Part shown: positions 38,630-47,842 of the stretch, piece after piece
Position numbering within the stretch: position 1 is the first letter of the stretch
Layout: each line of letters opens with the position of its first letter
Origin: a virus
DNA length: 64,000 bases
Strand: one strand, 5' to 3'
IMG/VR virus record: IMGVR_UViG_3300042503_001396
Location: 3,738 to 67,737 of that record
Translations under genes and position numbers: made by a program
The notes under the pieces: generated by a model
What the model was told of the DNA's origin: nothing
The model's input: the letters and a program-made list of their open reading frames with translations, nothing else
Databases searched by the model: none

Positions 38630-39550
38630 TCACTCAGCAAGTTTTGCAAAGTAACTTAGAGTATCATCTTCATCGTCTTCATCATAAGAAGAAGAACGAG
38701 TAGGAGTTAGATTCTTGAGTTCAGAACGAAGATCATCGGTAAGTTCCTTGGTAGAACCACGAGTGTATTCTTCTTCAGACTCAACTTCCTCATCAAGACG
38801 GGCAGACCCTTTAGATCCAAGCACAGAATGAAGACGTGCTTTCAGTTCTTCATAAGTCTTGAACTGATCGGGAGAAACAAACTCAGTGAGAGAATACTGC
38901 TTCTTCCACAATGCTTCCAGAGCGTCATCATCATCCAGAAGAGCACCCTGAGGAGCAAACTCACTGGAATCATAGTTACGATAACCAGCAACGTTCTTTG
39001 CCTTCAGTTTGAAATTAGCACCCTGCCAGAAGTCAAACGGATCGATTGCTTCCTCGTCCTCAAACTCAGGTTGCATTGCTTCAGTAAGTTTATCAAAGAT
39101 CTTTTTACCATACTTGAAGAGAAAGACTTTACCTTCGTTCTCAGGATTGGCAGGATCTTTCACAACATAGACATTACTCACATAAGTCAGTTTGCGTTTC
39201 TGCTTACGAGCAACTTCTTTACCAGCATCAGTACCATTATTCCAGAGACCAGAGTTATGCTCACACACTGGGCATTTCTGATTTACAGTAGTCAAGCATT
39301 GGTCGATCAACCAACCACCAGGACCTTGGAATGCGTGACTATAAACCTTCACAAATGGTAGATCTTCACCATCAGGAGCAGGGAGGAAACGAATTACAGC
39401 ATAACCATTGTTTGCTTTATCACACTCAAGTTTCCAGAAACGTTCGTCAGAAGAACCTGACCCACTTGTATTCATTTTTTCAACTTCTTTCACCAGTTTT
39501 GCGGTGAGAGAACCAAGTTTAGACTGTTTTTTAAGATCGGCAAATGCCAT
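38630..39550 (-). CDS. gp32: single-stranded DNA-binding protein
   Basis: AVIRFLP, HAF...C...CPVC Zn site, acidic tail. Confidence 0.95.
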   Translation of the reverse strand: MAFADLKKQSKLGSLTAKLVKEVEKMNTSGSGSSDERFWKLECDKANNGYAVIRFLPAPDGEDLPFVKVYSHAFQGPGGWLIDQCLTTVNQKCPVCEHNSGLWNNGTDAGKEVARKQKRKLTYVSNVYVVKDPANPENEGKVFLFKYGKKIFDKLTEAMQPEFEDEEAIDPFDFWQGANFKLKAKNVAGYRNYDSSEFAPQGALLDDDDALEALWKKQYSLTEFVSPDQFKTYEELKARLHSVLGSKGSARLDEEVESEEEYTRGSTKELTDDLRSELKNLTPTRSSSYDEDDEDDTLSYFAKLAE

Positions 39551-39622
39551 TTGGATACCTCGGATAAATTTGGATTTGTTGGATTACTCGGATAGTATAA
39601 CAGGGATTTCCTCAATTGTCAA
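39551..39622 (-). promoter_or_regulatory. gp32 promoter and ATCC-repeat leader
   Basis: TTGACA-N17-TATACT followed by five ATCC(A/G)A units. Confidence 0.65.
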
Positions 39623-39944
39623 TGTAATCTTTGAGGGATTGAATCGTTTTGGTCATACTACCAAATAATATACTCATATCAGTCTCTGGTGGAAATCCCA
39701 TCAGGGCAACTGACTTGCGTAGGTTCTCTTTCATCTCAACCGCTTTGGGGTCGTCTGAAAGAGACAACCTAGTATACATCACTCTTTGCTTTTCTAGCAA
39801 GAGTTCAAGTTTTTCAATGTGTTCCAGTTTAGTTTCGCGGGACATCATACCAAAAGTCAAAATACTTCCGTAAATTTGCTCTTGTAACTGATTGATTTCT
39901 TTCAGTTCATCTTGAATAATATCAGAATCAAAAAAGTTACTCAT
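39612..39944 (-). CDS. DUF1825-like cyanobacterial/cyanophage protein
   Basis: FFDS.I.Q.E...KQRVMY.RL.LSDD. Confidence 0.7.
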   Translation of the reverse strand: MSNFFDSDIIQDELKEINQLQEQIYGSILTFGMMSRETKLEHIEKLELLLEKQRVMYTRLSLSDDPKAVEMKENLRKSVALMGFPPETDMSILFGSMTKTIQSLKDYIDN

Positions 39945-40527
39945 TTACAATTTCCCGTAAAATTTTTTTATAAGAGAACACGTCAATATTTAGAAATGGA
40001 TTGTACTTGCGAATTTTTAAACTTACGGTTTCCCACACTGGATCCAAAAGTTTTTTATCAAAAGTTTTTGAGAAACCAAATATTTTGTCGTAAATTACTA
40101 AGGTTTCTAGTGATAATTGCCCGCTTAGAAACTTTTTGAGGACTGGTGGATGTCCCTTGGAACAATTCAAGGCATCCTCTAATTTGGTCTCCAAGAAGAA
40201 TTCGTTGCTTTGTTCCTTGAATAAGTAAGTCAAACTCTGTTGTCTTCGCATCCACTCTGTATAAACTTGCTCTCCGCCATTTATTAAAGAACCAATCCAT
40301 AAGTTACCAGGGGTGTCTGCTGCTACAAAGTTTGATACAAGAAAATCTACGACTTCTTTATCAGAATACTTTCTCGAAGTTTTTTCGAACCAGTATTTGT
40401 CACGACGTTTGTTGAACGAAGTGATACTAGCACGGGTTTTCGCACCGTATTTAAAGAAGTCGTATTTTGGGTTTGTGAAATGATTTTTGAGTGACAAATA
40501 ATGTTGATAAGTTTCAAATGGACTCAT
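39937..40527 (-). CDS. gp59: helicase loader
   Basis: Y..YLSLK.HF...YDFFKY; synteny. Confidence 0.85.
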   Translation of the reverse strand: MSPFETYQHYLSLKNHFTNPKYDFFKYGAKTRASITSFNKRRDKYWFEKTSRKYSDKEVVDFLVSNFVAADTPGNLWIGSLINGGEQVYTEWMRRQQSLTYLFKEQSNEFFLETKLEDALNCSKGHPPVLKKFLSGQLSLETLVIYDKIFGFSKTFDKKLLDPVWETVSLKIRKYNPFLNIDVFSYKKILREIVNE

Positions 40528-40787
40528 AGAATAGGCAAACGAGCGCGAGAAGTGCGTTTCATAAAATTCAAATTAATCGCATCATTTTTAAGTTTTTCTT
40601 TAAGTGGTTTGGAAATGAGTTTCGTTACCGAGTCTACTTCAAGACTATTGATTTCGCAATAGTGGCAAATAGCATCAATATAGTTAAAGTTTTCAGTTGC
40701 GACAATATGTTCAATCTCAAGAGCAAACTTGGAAGGCGTTAAAAACTTATTTTCTATAACTTGTTCTAATTCTTTATTTTGTTCCAT
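40524..40787 (-). CDS. gp33: late transcription coactivator
   Basis: F..EIE.IV...YIDAI..YCE...ISKPLKEKL; ATG at 40787. Confidence 0.85.
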   Translation of the reverse strand: MEQNKELEQVIENKFLTPSKFALEIEHIVATENFNYIDAICHYCEINSLEVDSVTKLISKPLKEKLKNDAINLNFMKRTSRARLPIL

Positions 40788-41514
40788 ATGATTCCAGTTT
40801 ATCTCTAACAAACTCTCTAATGTATTCGGTGAGTAGTTTGATGTATTTTGTTTTGTCTCTTTCTTCATAGACGACGCATTCTCCATTTTCGCAAGCCATA
40901 ATGATTACAAGTTTTTTAACTGGAATACCAGTCAGTTCGTAAAGCATACAACCATATGCCATACATTGAACAAAATAGTGTTCGATCCACTCGCGTGGTT
41001 TTGGTTTTTTAGAAGTCTTGAAGTCTATGATTGCTAATTCACCATCGAATTCTGCTATACAGTCAACAGTTCCAGCAATACCTAGTTGTTTACTATATAG
41101 AGACCCCTCAAGGGCGTGAATATTATTTATACGATTGAGAGTTGACTTAGAAATCTTGAATAAGAACTCAGAAAGTGGTTGAACTTCTGGAAGATTCTCA
41201 TTCTTAAGATGATGTTCAACTAGCGTATGCATGTCAGTGCCACGACTTGTTGATTGGCGTGTAATCTTGTCTGCCTTTTCTTCCCCAATCTTTTTTCGCC
41301 AGTTAATAAATATCTGGCGATTTTTATGACTGGTTACAGAAGTAATAGAAACAAGTTTAAGCAGTTCTTCATCATCAGGAACTTTATAATAACGAATACC
41401 ATCGATAGTTTCCCTTTCAAGTTTTGGAAGATTTACATCTATATGTGTAAATCTTCCTTGCTTAGTAACTTCAGGATGCAACTCATAATATTTTTCAATT
41501 AACGGATTCGACAT
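40774..41514 (-). CDS. PD-(D/E)XK exonuclease
   Basis: RGT.MH, AGTVD, IIDFKTS, Q..AY. Confidence 0.85.
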   Translation of the reverse strand: MSNPLIEKYYELHPEVTKQGRFTHIDVNLPKLERETIDGIRYYKVPDDEELLKLVSITSVTSHKNRQIFINWRKKIGEEKADKITRQSTSRGTDMHTLVEHHLKNENLPEVQPLSEFLFKISKSTLNRINNIHALEGSLYSKQLGIAGTVDCIAEFDGELAIIDFKTSKKPKPREWIEHYFVQCMAYGCMLYELTGIPVKKLVIIMACENGECVVYEERDKTKYIKLLTEYIREFVRDKLESYGTK

Positions 41515-42272
41515 TAAAAACCTGCTTCTAGTTTTGCAATAATATATTCCTTGACAAGTCCAGAACGAACAATATCATCAACACCAAACTCTATTATATC
41601 AATAGATGGCATTTTACGCAAGATGCTCATAAAATCAACAATTCCATTACGGTCATTAGTCTTCTGTAGGTCTGACTGAGTAGCATCACCACAAAACATA
41701 ATTTTAGAGTTCTCACCAACACGAGTAATAATAGAATCTAATTCGTGGCTCGTACAGTTTTGGAACTCATCTACGATAATAATTGAATTATCAAGAGTGG
41801 TTCCTCTTAAGAATGAGGTACTCCAGAACTTAATGGTCTCCTGAGACTTAAGATTACCATAGAGCATCTCAAACTCAGCATCAGAAGGCATCTGGAACAT
41901 ATACTTCACCATATTCTTATAAGGAATCTGGTAGATGTCTGACTTATCCTCATAGGAACCAGGAAGGAAACCAATCTCTCTGGTTGCAACTAAAGAACGA
42001 ACCAGATAGATTTTCTCATAGGGAGTTCTTTCATCTAGAACTTCACGAAGAGCATTATAAAGAGTAATGAAAGTCTTACCAGTTCCTGCACATCCATAGG
42101 CAACAAGGTGTTTTCCTTTGGCATATGCATCAAAAAGTTTTCTCTGATTGTCTGTAAGTGGGTCAATATCTAATAGATATTCACTTCCAAGTGCCTTCTT
42201 TCTTTTCATCTGACGGGTTGTAAGACCAACACCGATTGGTTGGTCATTCGTCGTTCTTTTTCTTCTTGCCAT
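41514..42272 (-). CDS. phoH: PhoH-family ATPase
   Basis: GCAGTGKT, GFLPG, RGTTL, DEFQN, GDATQSD. Confidence 0.95.
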   Translation of the reverse strand: MARRKRTTNDQPIGVGLTTRQMKRKKALGSEYLLDIDPLTDNQRKLFDAYAKGKHLVAYGCAGTGKTFITLYNALREVLDERTPYEKIYLVRSLVATREIGFLPGSYEDKSDIYQIPYKNMVKYMFQMPSDAEFEMLYGNLKSQETIKFWSTSFLRGTTLDNSIIIVDEFQNCTSHELDSIITRVGENSKIMFCGDATQSDLQKTNDRNGIVDFMSILRKMPSIDIIEFGVDDIVRSGLVKEYIIAKLEAGF

Positions 42273-42273
42273 A

Positions 42274-42516
42274 TTAGAGTTTCTTTACGGTTGATTTTGG
42301 GGCTTTGCTTGCTTTCTCTAAAACCTCATTCCATCCAGGATTTCTTGCAATTAATTTGTCCCTCCACTCACCAACCTCTCCTGGTGAAGCACATCCTTGT
42401 GACCAATCACGGGACCAAGGTTTATTATTTTCATACCAATCCATAATATCATGGACACTCATTTCAATAACTTTTTTTTCACCCGTTTCCGGATTATAAA
42501 CTGGATATATTGCCAT
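42274..42516 (-). CDS. conserved cyanophage hypothetical protein
   Basis: ATG at 42516 is coupled to the upstream stop. Confidence 0.7.
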   Translation of the reverse strand: MAIYPVYNPETGEKKVIEMSVHDIMDWYENNKPWSRDWSQGCASPGEVGEWRDKLIARNPGWNEVLEKASKAPKSTVKKL

Positions 42517-43067
42517 TAAACCAATCTCCATCCTTTATGTTGTTGTTGTCTTCCTCTACGCAAATCATATATGCAAGAGGGTTTTAAATTGTGTAGTTCA
42601 CAAAATTCATTAATATTGTCACCATTATATATTTCCCCCTTTGGAGACATCAATTTAAACGATTTAACATGTAAGGGAGGTTTTATTCCCATATCTTTAT
42701 TTCGTTTAGAAAGACGATTTTTCGCATCTTCACTCATACCTGGACCCAATACTCTACCCTTGCAGGAATTTCGTATCTTTTCTTTACTTTTTTCAGTATG
42801 TCCAGTAAAGATAGGAGGAGCATCTCCACCATTTGATTTATTGCGAAGAATTCCAGTTCCCAAATCTTTTCTACCAAAAACATTAATCATATAAATTTCA
42901 TGTTTATATGCAGCATCTTCTGTAAGATTATTTTTAAGAATGAGTATTCTGTCTTTTGGTGGAGGAGAAAAGAAATCATGTTTTTGATATGCTCTTCTAC
43001 CTTTACCTTTACCAATATACCATGGAGTTTTATCTTCTCGTAAATAAGCGTAAGTATAATACTCCAT
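42516..43067 (-). CDS. free-standing GIY-YIG-like homing endonuclease (NUMOD3-type modules)
   Basis: YTYAYLRED..P.YIGKG...E..I..FGRKD...L.N...GG; HTEKSKEKI. Confidence 0.8.
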   Translation of the reverse strand: MEYYTYAYLREDKTPWYIGKGKGRRAYQKHDFFSPPPKDRILILKNNLTEDAAYKHEIYMINVFGRKDLGTGILRNKSNGGDAPPIFTGHTEKSKEKIRNSCKGRVLGPGMSEDAKNRLSKRNKDMGIKPPLHVKSFKLMSPKGEIYNGDNINEFCELHNLKPSCIYDLRRGRQQQHKGWRLV

Positions 43068-43094
43068 AAAATTACAAAATCAACACAAAAATAT

Positions 43095-43847
43095 TTAGGG
43101 ACTCAGACGTGCTTTATGCAGTCTCTTCTCTTCATAGTAGTTCCAAACATTTGGTGCCCATAGTTTCAGTTCGGGAGCAATTGCATCGCATAGTGCTTGA
43201 ATTTCAAGTTGAGCATCAAGTTTAGAACGAAGATCCATAAAGTGAAGTACAGAACGTAAATTAAAAGATACTACAAAGTTCTGACGAATTGCTTGAGGAA
43301 GATAATCCCGAATATGCTCTTCACACATACCCTGCTCATAGTAATCAGCATACTCCTCACACTCACTCAAAATGCGCTCTAACTTGCGTTGTCGGTGCTC
43401 TTCGGTCCATTCATACTTCTTACCATTACGGTTAGTGTAGAACCCCTCAGGGCGCACGTAGAAGACTTCCTCAACATCAAGTTCACGCTTGGCAACTTTA
43501 AGAACACGCTTTCCAGTGTAACGTTGAGACTGAACATCCCAACTGGTTCCAATACGGTGAGTTCTTGCCTGAACGATAACATTATGAACAAATCCAGCAC
43601 AAGAAAAAGTAATGCCAGGGTGCTCAATTGGACCCCAATGCCCTCTCTCATTAGCAAGCAATTGTTCAACAATCCACTGACCACATTCGTGATGGTTAGG
43701 AACTGGAACGTTATGAATTGGAACTTCAGAATAATCGCCCTTTCCTGCTTGCCAAATAACTTGTTCTGGGATTGGATAACCCTGAAGTTTTACAACTTCA
43801 AGTCTTTTATCCAATTCAAGAAGATCTTTTGCTTTAATTGGTTTCAT
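43095..43847 (-). CDS. thyX: flavin-dependent thymidylate synthase
   Basis: H..P.EH, RTHR......QSQRY, NLRS..HF..LR...AQ.EI. Confidence 0.9.
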   Translation of the reverse strand: MKPIKAKDLLELDKRLEVVKLQGYPIPEQVIWQAGKGDYSEVPIHNVPVPNHHECGQWIVEQLLANERGHWGPIEHPGITFSCAGFVHNVIVQARTHRIGTSWDVQSQRYTGKRVLKVAKRELDVEEVFYVRPEGFYTNRNGKKYEWTEEHRQRKLERILSECEEYADYYEQGMCEEHIRDYLPQAIRQNFVVSFNLRSVLHFMDLRSKLDAQLEIQALCDAIAPELKLWAPNVWNYYEEKRLHKARLSP

Positions 43848-44017
43848 TTCTTTCCAAATCCTTTTGATGTTTGTACTTCTAGATGTGCAATTTCTTCTTT
43901 TACAGCACGAAGTTGTGCTTTCATTTCTTTTATTTTATCATCTGTATAAAGATGATCTTGATTAATTAACCTCTCAAGAAGTTTTACAAGTTTCTTTGCT
44001 CTTGTGGTCTCAGTCAT
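43844..44017 (-). CDS. hypothetical protein (57 aa)
   Basis: manual translation MTETTRAKKL...SKGFGKK. Confidence 0.65.
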   Translation of the reverse strand: MTETTRAKKLVKLLERLINQDHLYTDDKIKEMKAQLRAVKEEIAHLEVQTSKGFGKK

Positions 44018-44180
44018 CTAAATCAGAATCCTCAAATATTTCGTCGTAATCTAAAATTGGTTTTTTTCTCATTGGTTTCATAGGAGTATAAGCAGAGACA
44101 TCAGAATAGATTTCTGCCTTTAGAGAATCAACCAACAATTCAAGATTACGGACAATTAGTTTTAGTTTTTCTCTGTCCAT
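44010..44180 (-). CDS. hypothetical protein (56 aa)
   Basis: manual translation MDREKLKLIVRNLELLVDSLK... Confidence 0.65.
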   Translation of the reverse strand: MDREKLKLIVRNLELLVDSLKAEIYSDVSAYTPMKPMRKKPILDYDEIFEDSDLDD

Positions 44181-44201
44181 ATTTTATAGTTCTCTCAACT
44201 C

Positions 44202-44238
44202 ATTTTACATAAAAAAAGGGAGGATGTCAATCCTTCCT
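44202..44238 (-). promoter_or_regulatory. terminator hairpin overlapping a sigma70 promoter
   Basis: GGAAGGAT-TGAC-ATCCTCCC-T7; TTGACA-N17-TAAAAT. Confidence 0.7.
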
Positions 44239-44319
44239 TACAATCAAAAACGTATTATATTTTATAAAATCCTATGGAGTCAAAAAAATTGCCGGAATTT
44301 TTTTCCAGTATTTTTGAAA

Positions 44320-44688
44320 TCACTTTCTCTTTTTCTTTTCGGGTGCCTTATAACCCCAGAGTTTTGGATTAATTCGCCCATATCCAAAGTCAATACTCTT
44401 TAGGTTCTCACGAAACTTATCCCAATACATATCAAATAGTTTGATTTTACTTCCTCTTGTGAGGTCAAAACAAATTTTATCGTCGATCATATATTTTACA
44501 ATATGAGCATCATTAGGACAGTCTTTAGTGCATACCTCAGAATAGGACCCACCCTGAATCATAATTTCACATCCGTAGCGTGACTTACAGGTTTCCTTTT
44601 CTGCGGGTGTCCAAGAGTCCATATGTTTTTCTGTATTTTGTGCTCTTTCAATTACATCACCAAGTTTACTCACGAACGACCTCCCCAA
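44320..44688 (-). CDS. conserved cyanophage hypothetical protein
   Basis: ORF; true start uncertain. Confidence 0.7.
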   Translation of the reverse strand: MGRSFVSKLGDVIERAQNTEKHMDSWTPAEKETCKSRYGCEIMIQGGSYSEVCTKDCPNDAHIVKYMIDDKICFDLTRGSKIKLFDMYWDKFRENLKSIDFGYGRINPKLWGYKAPEKKKRK

Positions 44689-45275
44689 CTAATATCAGGA
44701 TATGCTTCTGCAACAATTTCCTTTGTAATCTTATACTTTGTTTGAAGTTTTTTATCTTTAGTGAGAATAAGAATCTCTGCTTCAAGTGGATGAAGTCCTT
44801 GAAGAACATTGATAAACATAGTTTCTCTACGAAGAGAACTTAGTCCATCATTTCCACCTTTTACAAAATTGTAGAACCTCTCATATTCTTTGCGAATCGA
44901 AGATCTTCCTTGATCTTGGGATCCTAATGAATTAGAACCAAGTTCTCCCATTTTTCCTACAGCATCAGAAATTTTTTCACTCAGAGTTCCCTTGAATGAA
45001 TCCATTTCATCTACAGCAGCGTAAGGAACATCACCAGGAGGAAGTGCTGAAATCACCGATTCATCAAAATTCCAAATGAATAGTGCTTTAAGTGAGGGAT
45101 GCTCAAATTTTTTCAACGCTTCAATTTTTTTGGCATTAGTCCTTTGCTTTACGACAATATTCAGAATCTCAAAAACAAAAGGATTTGCAGGAAGATCGGG
45201 AATTGATACTTCTGCTACTTTTGGTTTTTGTACAGTCTTTTTTGTAGTCGTTTTTGCTTTTGTAGTCGTGGTCAT
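44670..45275 (-). CDS. conserved T4-like hypothetical protein
   Basis: WNFD...LP.G..PY...RRE.MFI..L.GLHP.EA. Confidence 0.75.
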   Translation of the reverse strand: MTTTTKAKTTTKKTVQKPKVAEVSIPDLPANPFVFEILNIVVKQRTNAKKIEALKKFEHPSLKALFIWNFDESVISALPPGDVPYAAVDEMDSFKGTLSEKISDAVGKMGELGSNSLGSQDQGRSSIRKEYERFYNFVKGGNDGLSSLRRETMFINVLQGLHPLEAEILILTKDKKLQTKYKITKEIVAEAYPDISWGGRS

Positions 45276-45320
45276 AGTTTTACAAGATATTGAATACTAT
45301 TAGTGATATTTATTTTGATA

Positions 45321-45566
45321 TTATTCTTCGTCTTCTGCGTCTTCCATTTCATAATCATCAAAGTATCCTTGCTCAAATCTGACGGATACAATCTCTTCAT
45401 CAATGAGGTCTCCATCCTTATTATAAAACTCAGGATGATATGCAATTTGCTTTGGACCTTCTTGATGAGTCATCATATATTCGCGGGCAACCCAACCTGT
45501 TATAAGTCCCACTATAAGAAACAATATGGTTAAAAAGGAACCTAAGACTAAACTAACTGCTAACAT
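45321..45566 (-). CDS. membrane protein
   Basis: N-terminal TM helix and HPE..D..G motif. Confidence 0.7.
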   Translation of the reverse strand: MLAVSLVLGSFLTILFLIVGLITGWVAREYMMTHQEGPKQIAYHPEFYNKDGDLIDEEIVSVRFEQGYFDDYEMEDAEDEE

Positions 45567-45584
45567 TTCTTTTTCTCCGGGAAA

Positions 45585-45767
45585 CTACTTTTTCTTCCTT
45601 GACTTAAAGGAAAATTCAAAATAGATAGTTACTTCCCGATTCAGAAAGCAAACTATCTTCTCAAATATGAGATGGAATGGTTGAGTCTGCTTTCTTTTTC
45701 CCCCATTAAGAATTAAATCAACGCCACGATTCTTGTGGTTGAAGTTATTTATGTTACTATCAGACAA
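45585..45767 (-). CDS. hypothetical protein
   Basis: 60-aa ORF. Confidence 0.55.
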   Translation of the reverse strand: MSDSNINNFNHKNRGVDLILNGGKRKQTQPFHLIFEKIVCFLNREVTIYFEFSFKSRKKK

Positions 45768-45996
45768 TTTGCTTTTCTTTCAGATATTTAACGGTATCAT
45801 TACATCCACCTAGTTTTTGATCATCACAAAGAACCTGTGGAAATGTGGATCCTTCACCAAATTCTGAATAAAATTCATCTTTGGTGAAGTGCTCATCAAG
45901 ATTATACACCACAAAGTTGCTTCCCGTCAATTCAAGAACTTGTTTGACTTTGTAGCAATATGGACAATTTTCTTTACTATACACTGCAAAATTCAT
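45760..45996 (-). CDS. nrdC: glutaredoxin
   Basis: CPYC, TFPQV, GG. Confidence 0.9.
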   Translation of the reverse strand: MNFAVYSKENCPYCYKVKQVLELTGSNFVVYNLDEHFTKDEFYSEFGEGSTFPQVLCDDQKLGGCNDTVKYLKEKQIV

Positions 45997-46033
45997 ATTT
46001 CTCCCAAATAAAATTTATATGTCTATATATCAA

Positions 46034-46753
46034 TTATCGTGCCATATCATTTGCATAATGAGATCTCTGACCATCGGCAAGAACATAATGAAAGAAAATT
46101 TGATGATAATAAAGACCTTCTTTTTCCAATCTTTTACCATATAATGTTCTCTCATATTCAGTAGGCATTGGATCTCTCCAATGAGGTCTTTCACACCCCT
46201 TATAAATCATCCCATCACCGGCAGACAAAATCACAGAATGATTTTCACCTCTTTTTGAGATGGTTGTTTTGTTTTTATCTACATAAGTATCTGGAGTTTT
46301 AATCCAAATTTCCCAGGGTTCTGTGAGATTTGTACTAATATGAACTGTTACAGAAATTTCACAAGCATCGCGGTCAGCATGACGTGCTAGTGCTTGTCCT
46401 GGAAAATAAAAACGATCATAATAATAAGTATTGTAAAGTTGTCTTCCAAGAATTTTTTCTAGTTTTAAACGAATGCTCGAATGAATTGAGCGATATTGTG
46501 GATGCCAATAACACGCAAGAGATCCTTCAACTTGCATTTCAAGTTCAGTATAAGTAAATTGATCTATTTTTTTCCCCCAATAATTAATTTGCCCTCTTTC
46601 TTCTGGAACGGAACGATAAAGTTCTTGAGAATTCCACAAATCTTTTACAACCAAATATCCATCTTTCTCAAATTTTTCATTGCGAGTCCAAGAAGTTCCA
46701 GTATTCAATCTTTCTTGGTATAAGAGTTGCTCTTCTGTCATTTGCTCTGCCAT
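46034..46753 (-). CDS. 2OG-Fe(II) oxygenase
   Basis: HADR..CEISVT...GD...Y.G....HWR...Q.F.HY. Confidence 0.85.
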   Translation of the reverse strand: MAEQMTEEQLLYQERLNTGTSWTRNEKFEKDGYLVVKDLWNSQELYRSVPEERGQINYWGKKIDQFTYTELEMQVEGSLACYWHPQYRSIHSSIRLKLEKILGRQLYNTYYYDRFYFPGQALARHADRDACEISVTVHISTNLTEPWEIWIKTPDTYVDKNKTTISKRGENHSVILSAGDGMIYKGCERPHWRDPMPTEYERTLYGKRLEKEGLYYHQIFFHYVLADGQRSHYANDMAR

Positions 46754-46761
46754 AATTTACC

Positions 46762-47382
46762 TCATTTCCAACGTGGTCCAACAACCCAACCAACAAGACT
46801 CTTTCTTACTCCTTTAGTCACCTTAAGAACTCGATGTTGAGTTCGTGAGTCAAATACAATCACAGTTCCTCTCTTTCTTGGAGCAAAATAAGACTTACCA
46901 TCTTCAGCAAGAAGTTGAAGATTTCCTCCCTCATAATCATCAGGATCTGAAAGTTGAATTACAAATGAAAGTTTTCTTACAAGTTCTAGATTTTCATTTA
47001 GATAATCTTGTGCTCTTCCTTCGTGATGATTGCCAACACTTACTGGTTTATAATGACCCGAAATACCAGCATCATTATGCCATCCATAAAATTCACCAAT
47101 ACCATATTGAGTGAATTGCATTGATTCACCATCAATATTTCTTATATCATAAAGAAAATTTTCACGATTTGCTCTTTCGACATAGTGCCAAACAAATCCT
47201 GCTGTCCAATGATTTGTTGGAACCCAAGAATTTTTCGAATTCCTTTTATCACGATTAAGAGAATCTCCCATCAATCTGGAGTCACCCATTTGATCTTGAA
47301 ATTTATCTGTCAAATCTTCTTCAATTGTTTCTACCATTTTTTCTGGGATATCTGAAAAGTACCAAATTGATTGGAATGCCAA
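46762..47382 (-). CDS. 2OG-Fe(II) oxygenase (PKHD-type)
   Basis: WHND, RKLS...QLS...YEGG, FDS...HRV..VTKG.RKSLV.W..GP. Confidence 0.9.
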   Translation of the reverse strand: MAFQSIWYFSDIPEKMVETIEEDLTDKFQDQMGDSRLMGDSLNRDKRNSKNSWVPTNHWTAGFVWHYVERANRENFLYDIRNIDGESMQFTQYGIGEFYGWHNDAGISGHYKPVSVGNHHEGRAQDYLNENLELVRKLSFVIQLSDPDDYEGGNLQLLAEDGKSYFAPRKRGTVIVFDSRTQHRVLKVTKGVRKSLVGWVVGPRWK

Positions 47383-47438
47383 ATTTCAATCTCCGTATAA
47401 ATTACTCATCACCATTATATATTAGTTTTATAAAAACC

Positions 47439-47831
47439 TCAAGTTTCCGTTTTCAATTCCCATTCTTGAGTTTCTTCATTCCAGTTATAATAACTTCCAG
47501 ATTCTTTTTGTTCTTCTGTAAGTTCTGGTTCTGAAACTGGTGGTTGCCATTCATAAGTTTCAGTATTTAAAGTCCAAGAAGGGTATGGTTGTGGTGCTAA
47601 GAATACATCATATTGATTATTATAAACCATTCCAATTCCAGCAAAACGATGTCTAAAGTTGTTGTTATAAGAAGTTTGTTTCCATTTTGTTGTTTGTCCA
47701 TGTATTGATTGAAGAAATTGTATTCCTATTTCTTCACTTTCATTTCCATTTTTATCAAGAATATCAACATTTCTTACAACAGAAACTCTCAAAACATTAT
47801 CTTCATAATCAAGTTGAGCAAAATGTGCCAT
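47439..47831 (-). CDS. putative fibre/adhesin chaperone
   Basis: MAHFAQLD...WKQTSYN...FAGIG..Y...PYPSW; follows the glycine-rich gene. Confidence 0.65.
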   Translation of the reverse strand: MAHFAQLDYEDNVLRVSVVRNVDILDKNGNESEEIGIQFLQSIHGQTTKWKQTSYNNNFRHRFAGIGMVYNNQYDVFLAPQPYPSWTLNTETYEWQPPVSEPELTEEQKESGSYYNWNEETQEWELKTET

Positions 47832-47842
47832 ATTTTACCTCC

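Noticed and set aside
40774-41514. Exonuclease as evidence of a CRISPR-Cas (Cas4) system
   Set aside because: It is the usual PD-(D/E)XK exonuclease between phoH and gp33, lacks the four-Cys cluster pattern, and no array is present
44282-44304. AAAAAATT-GCCGG-AATTTTTT inverted repeat
   Set aside because: AT-only stem in an AT-rich intergenic region; no function can be supported
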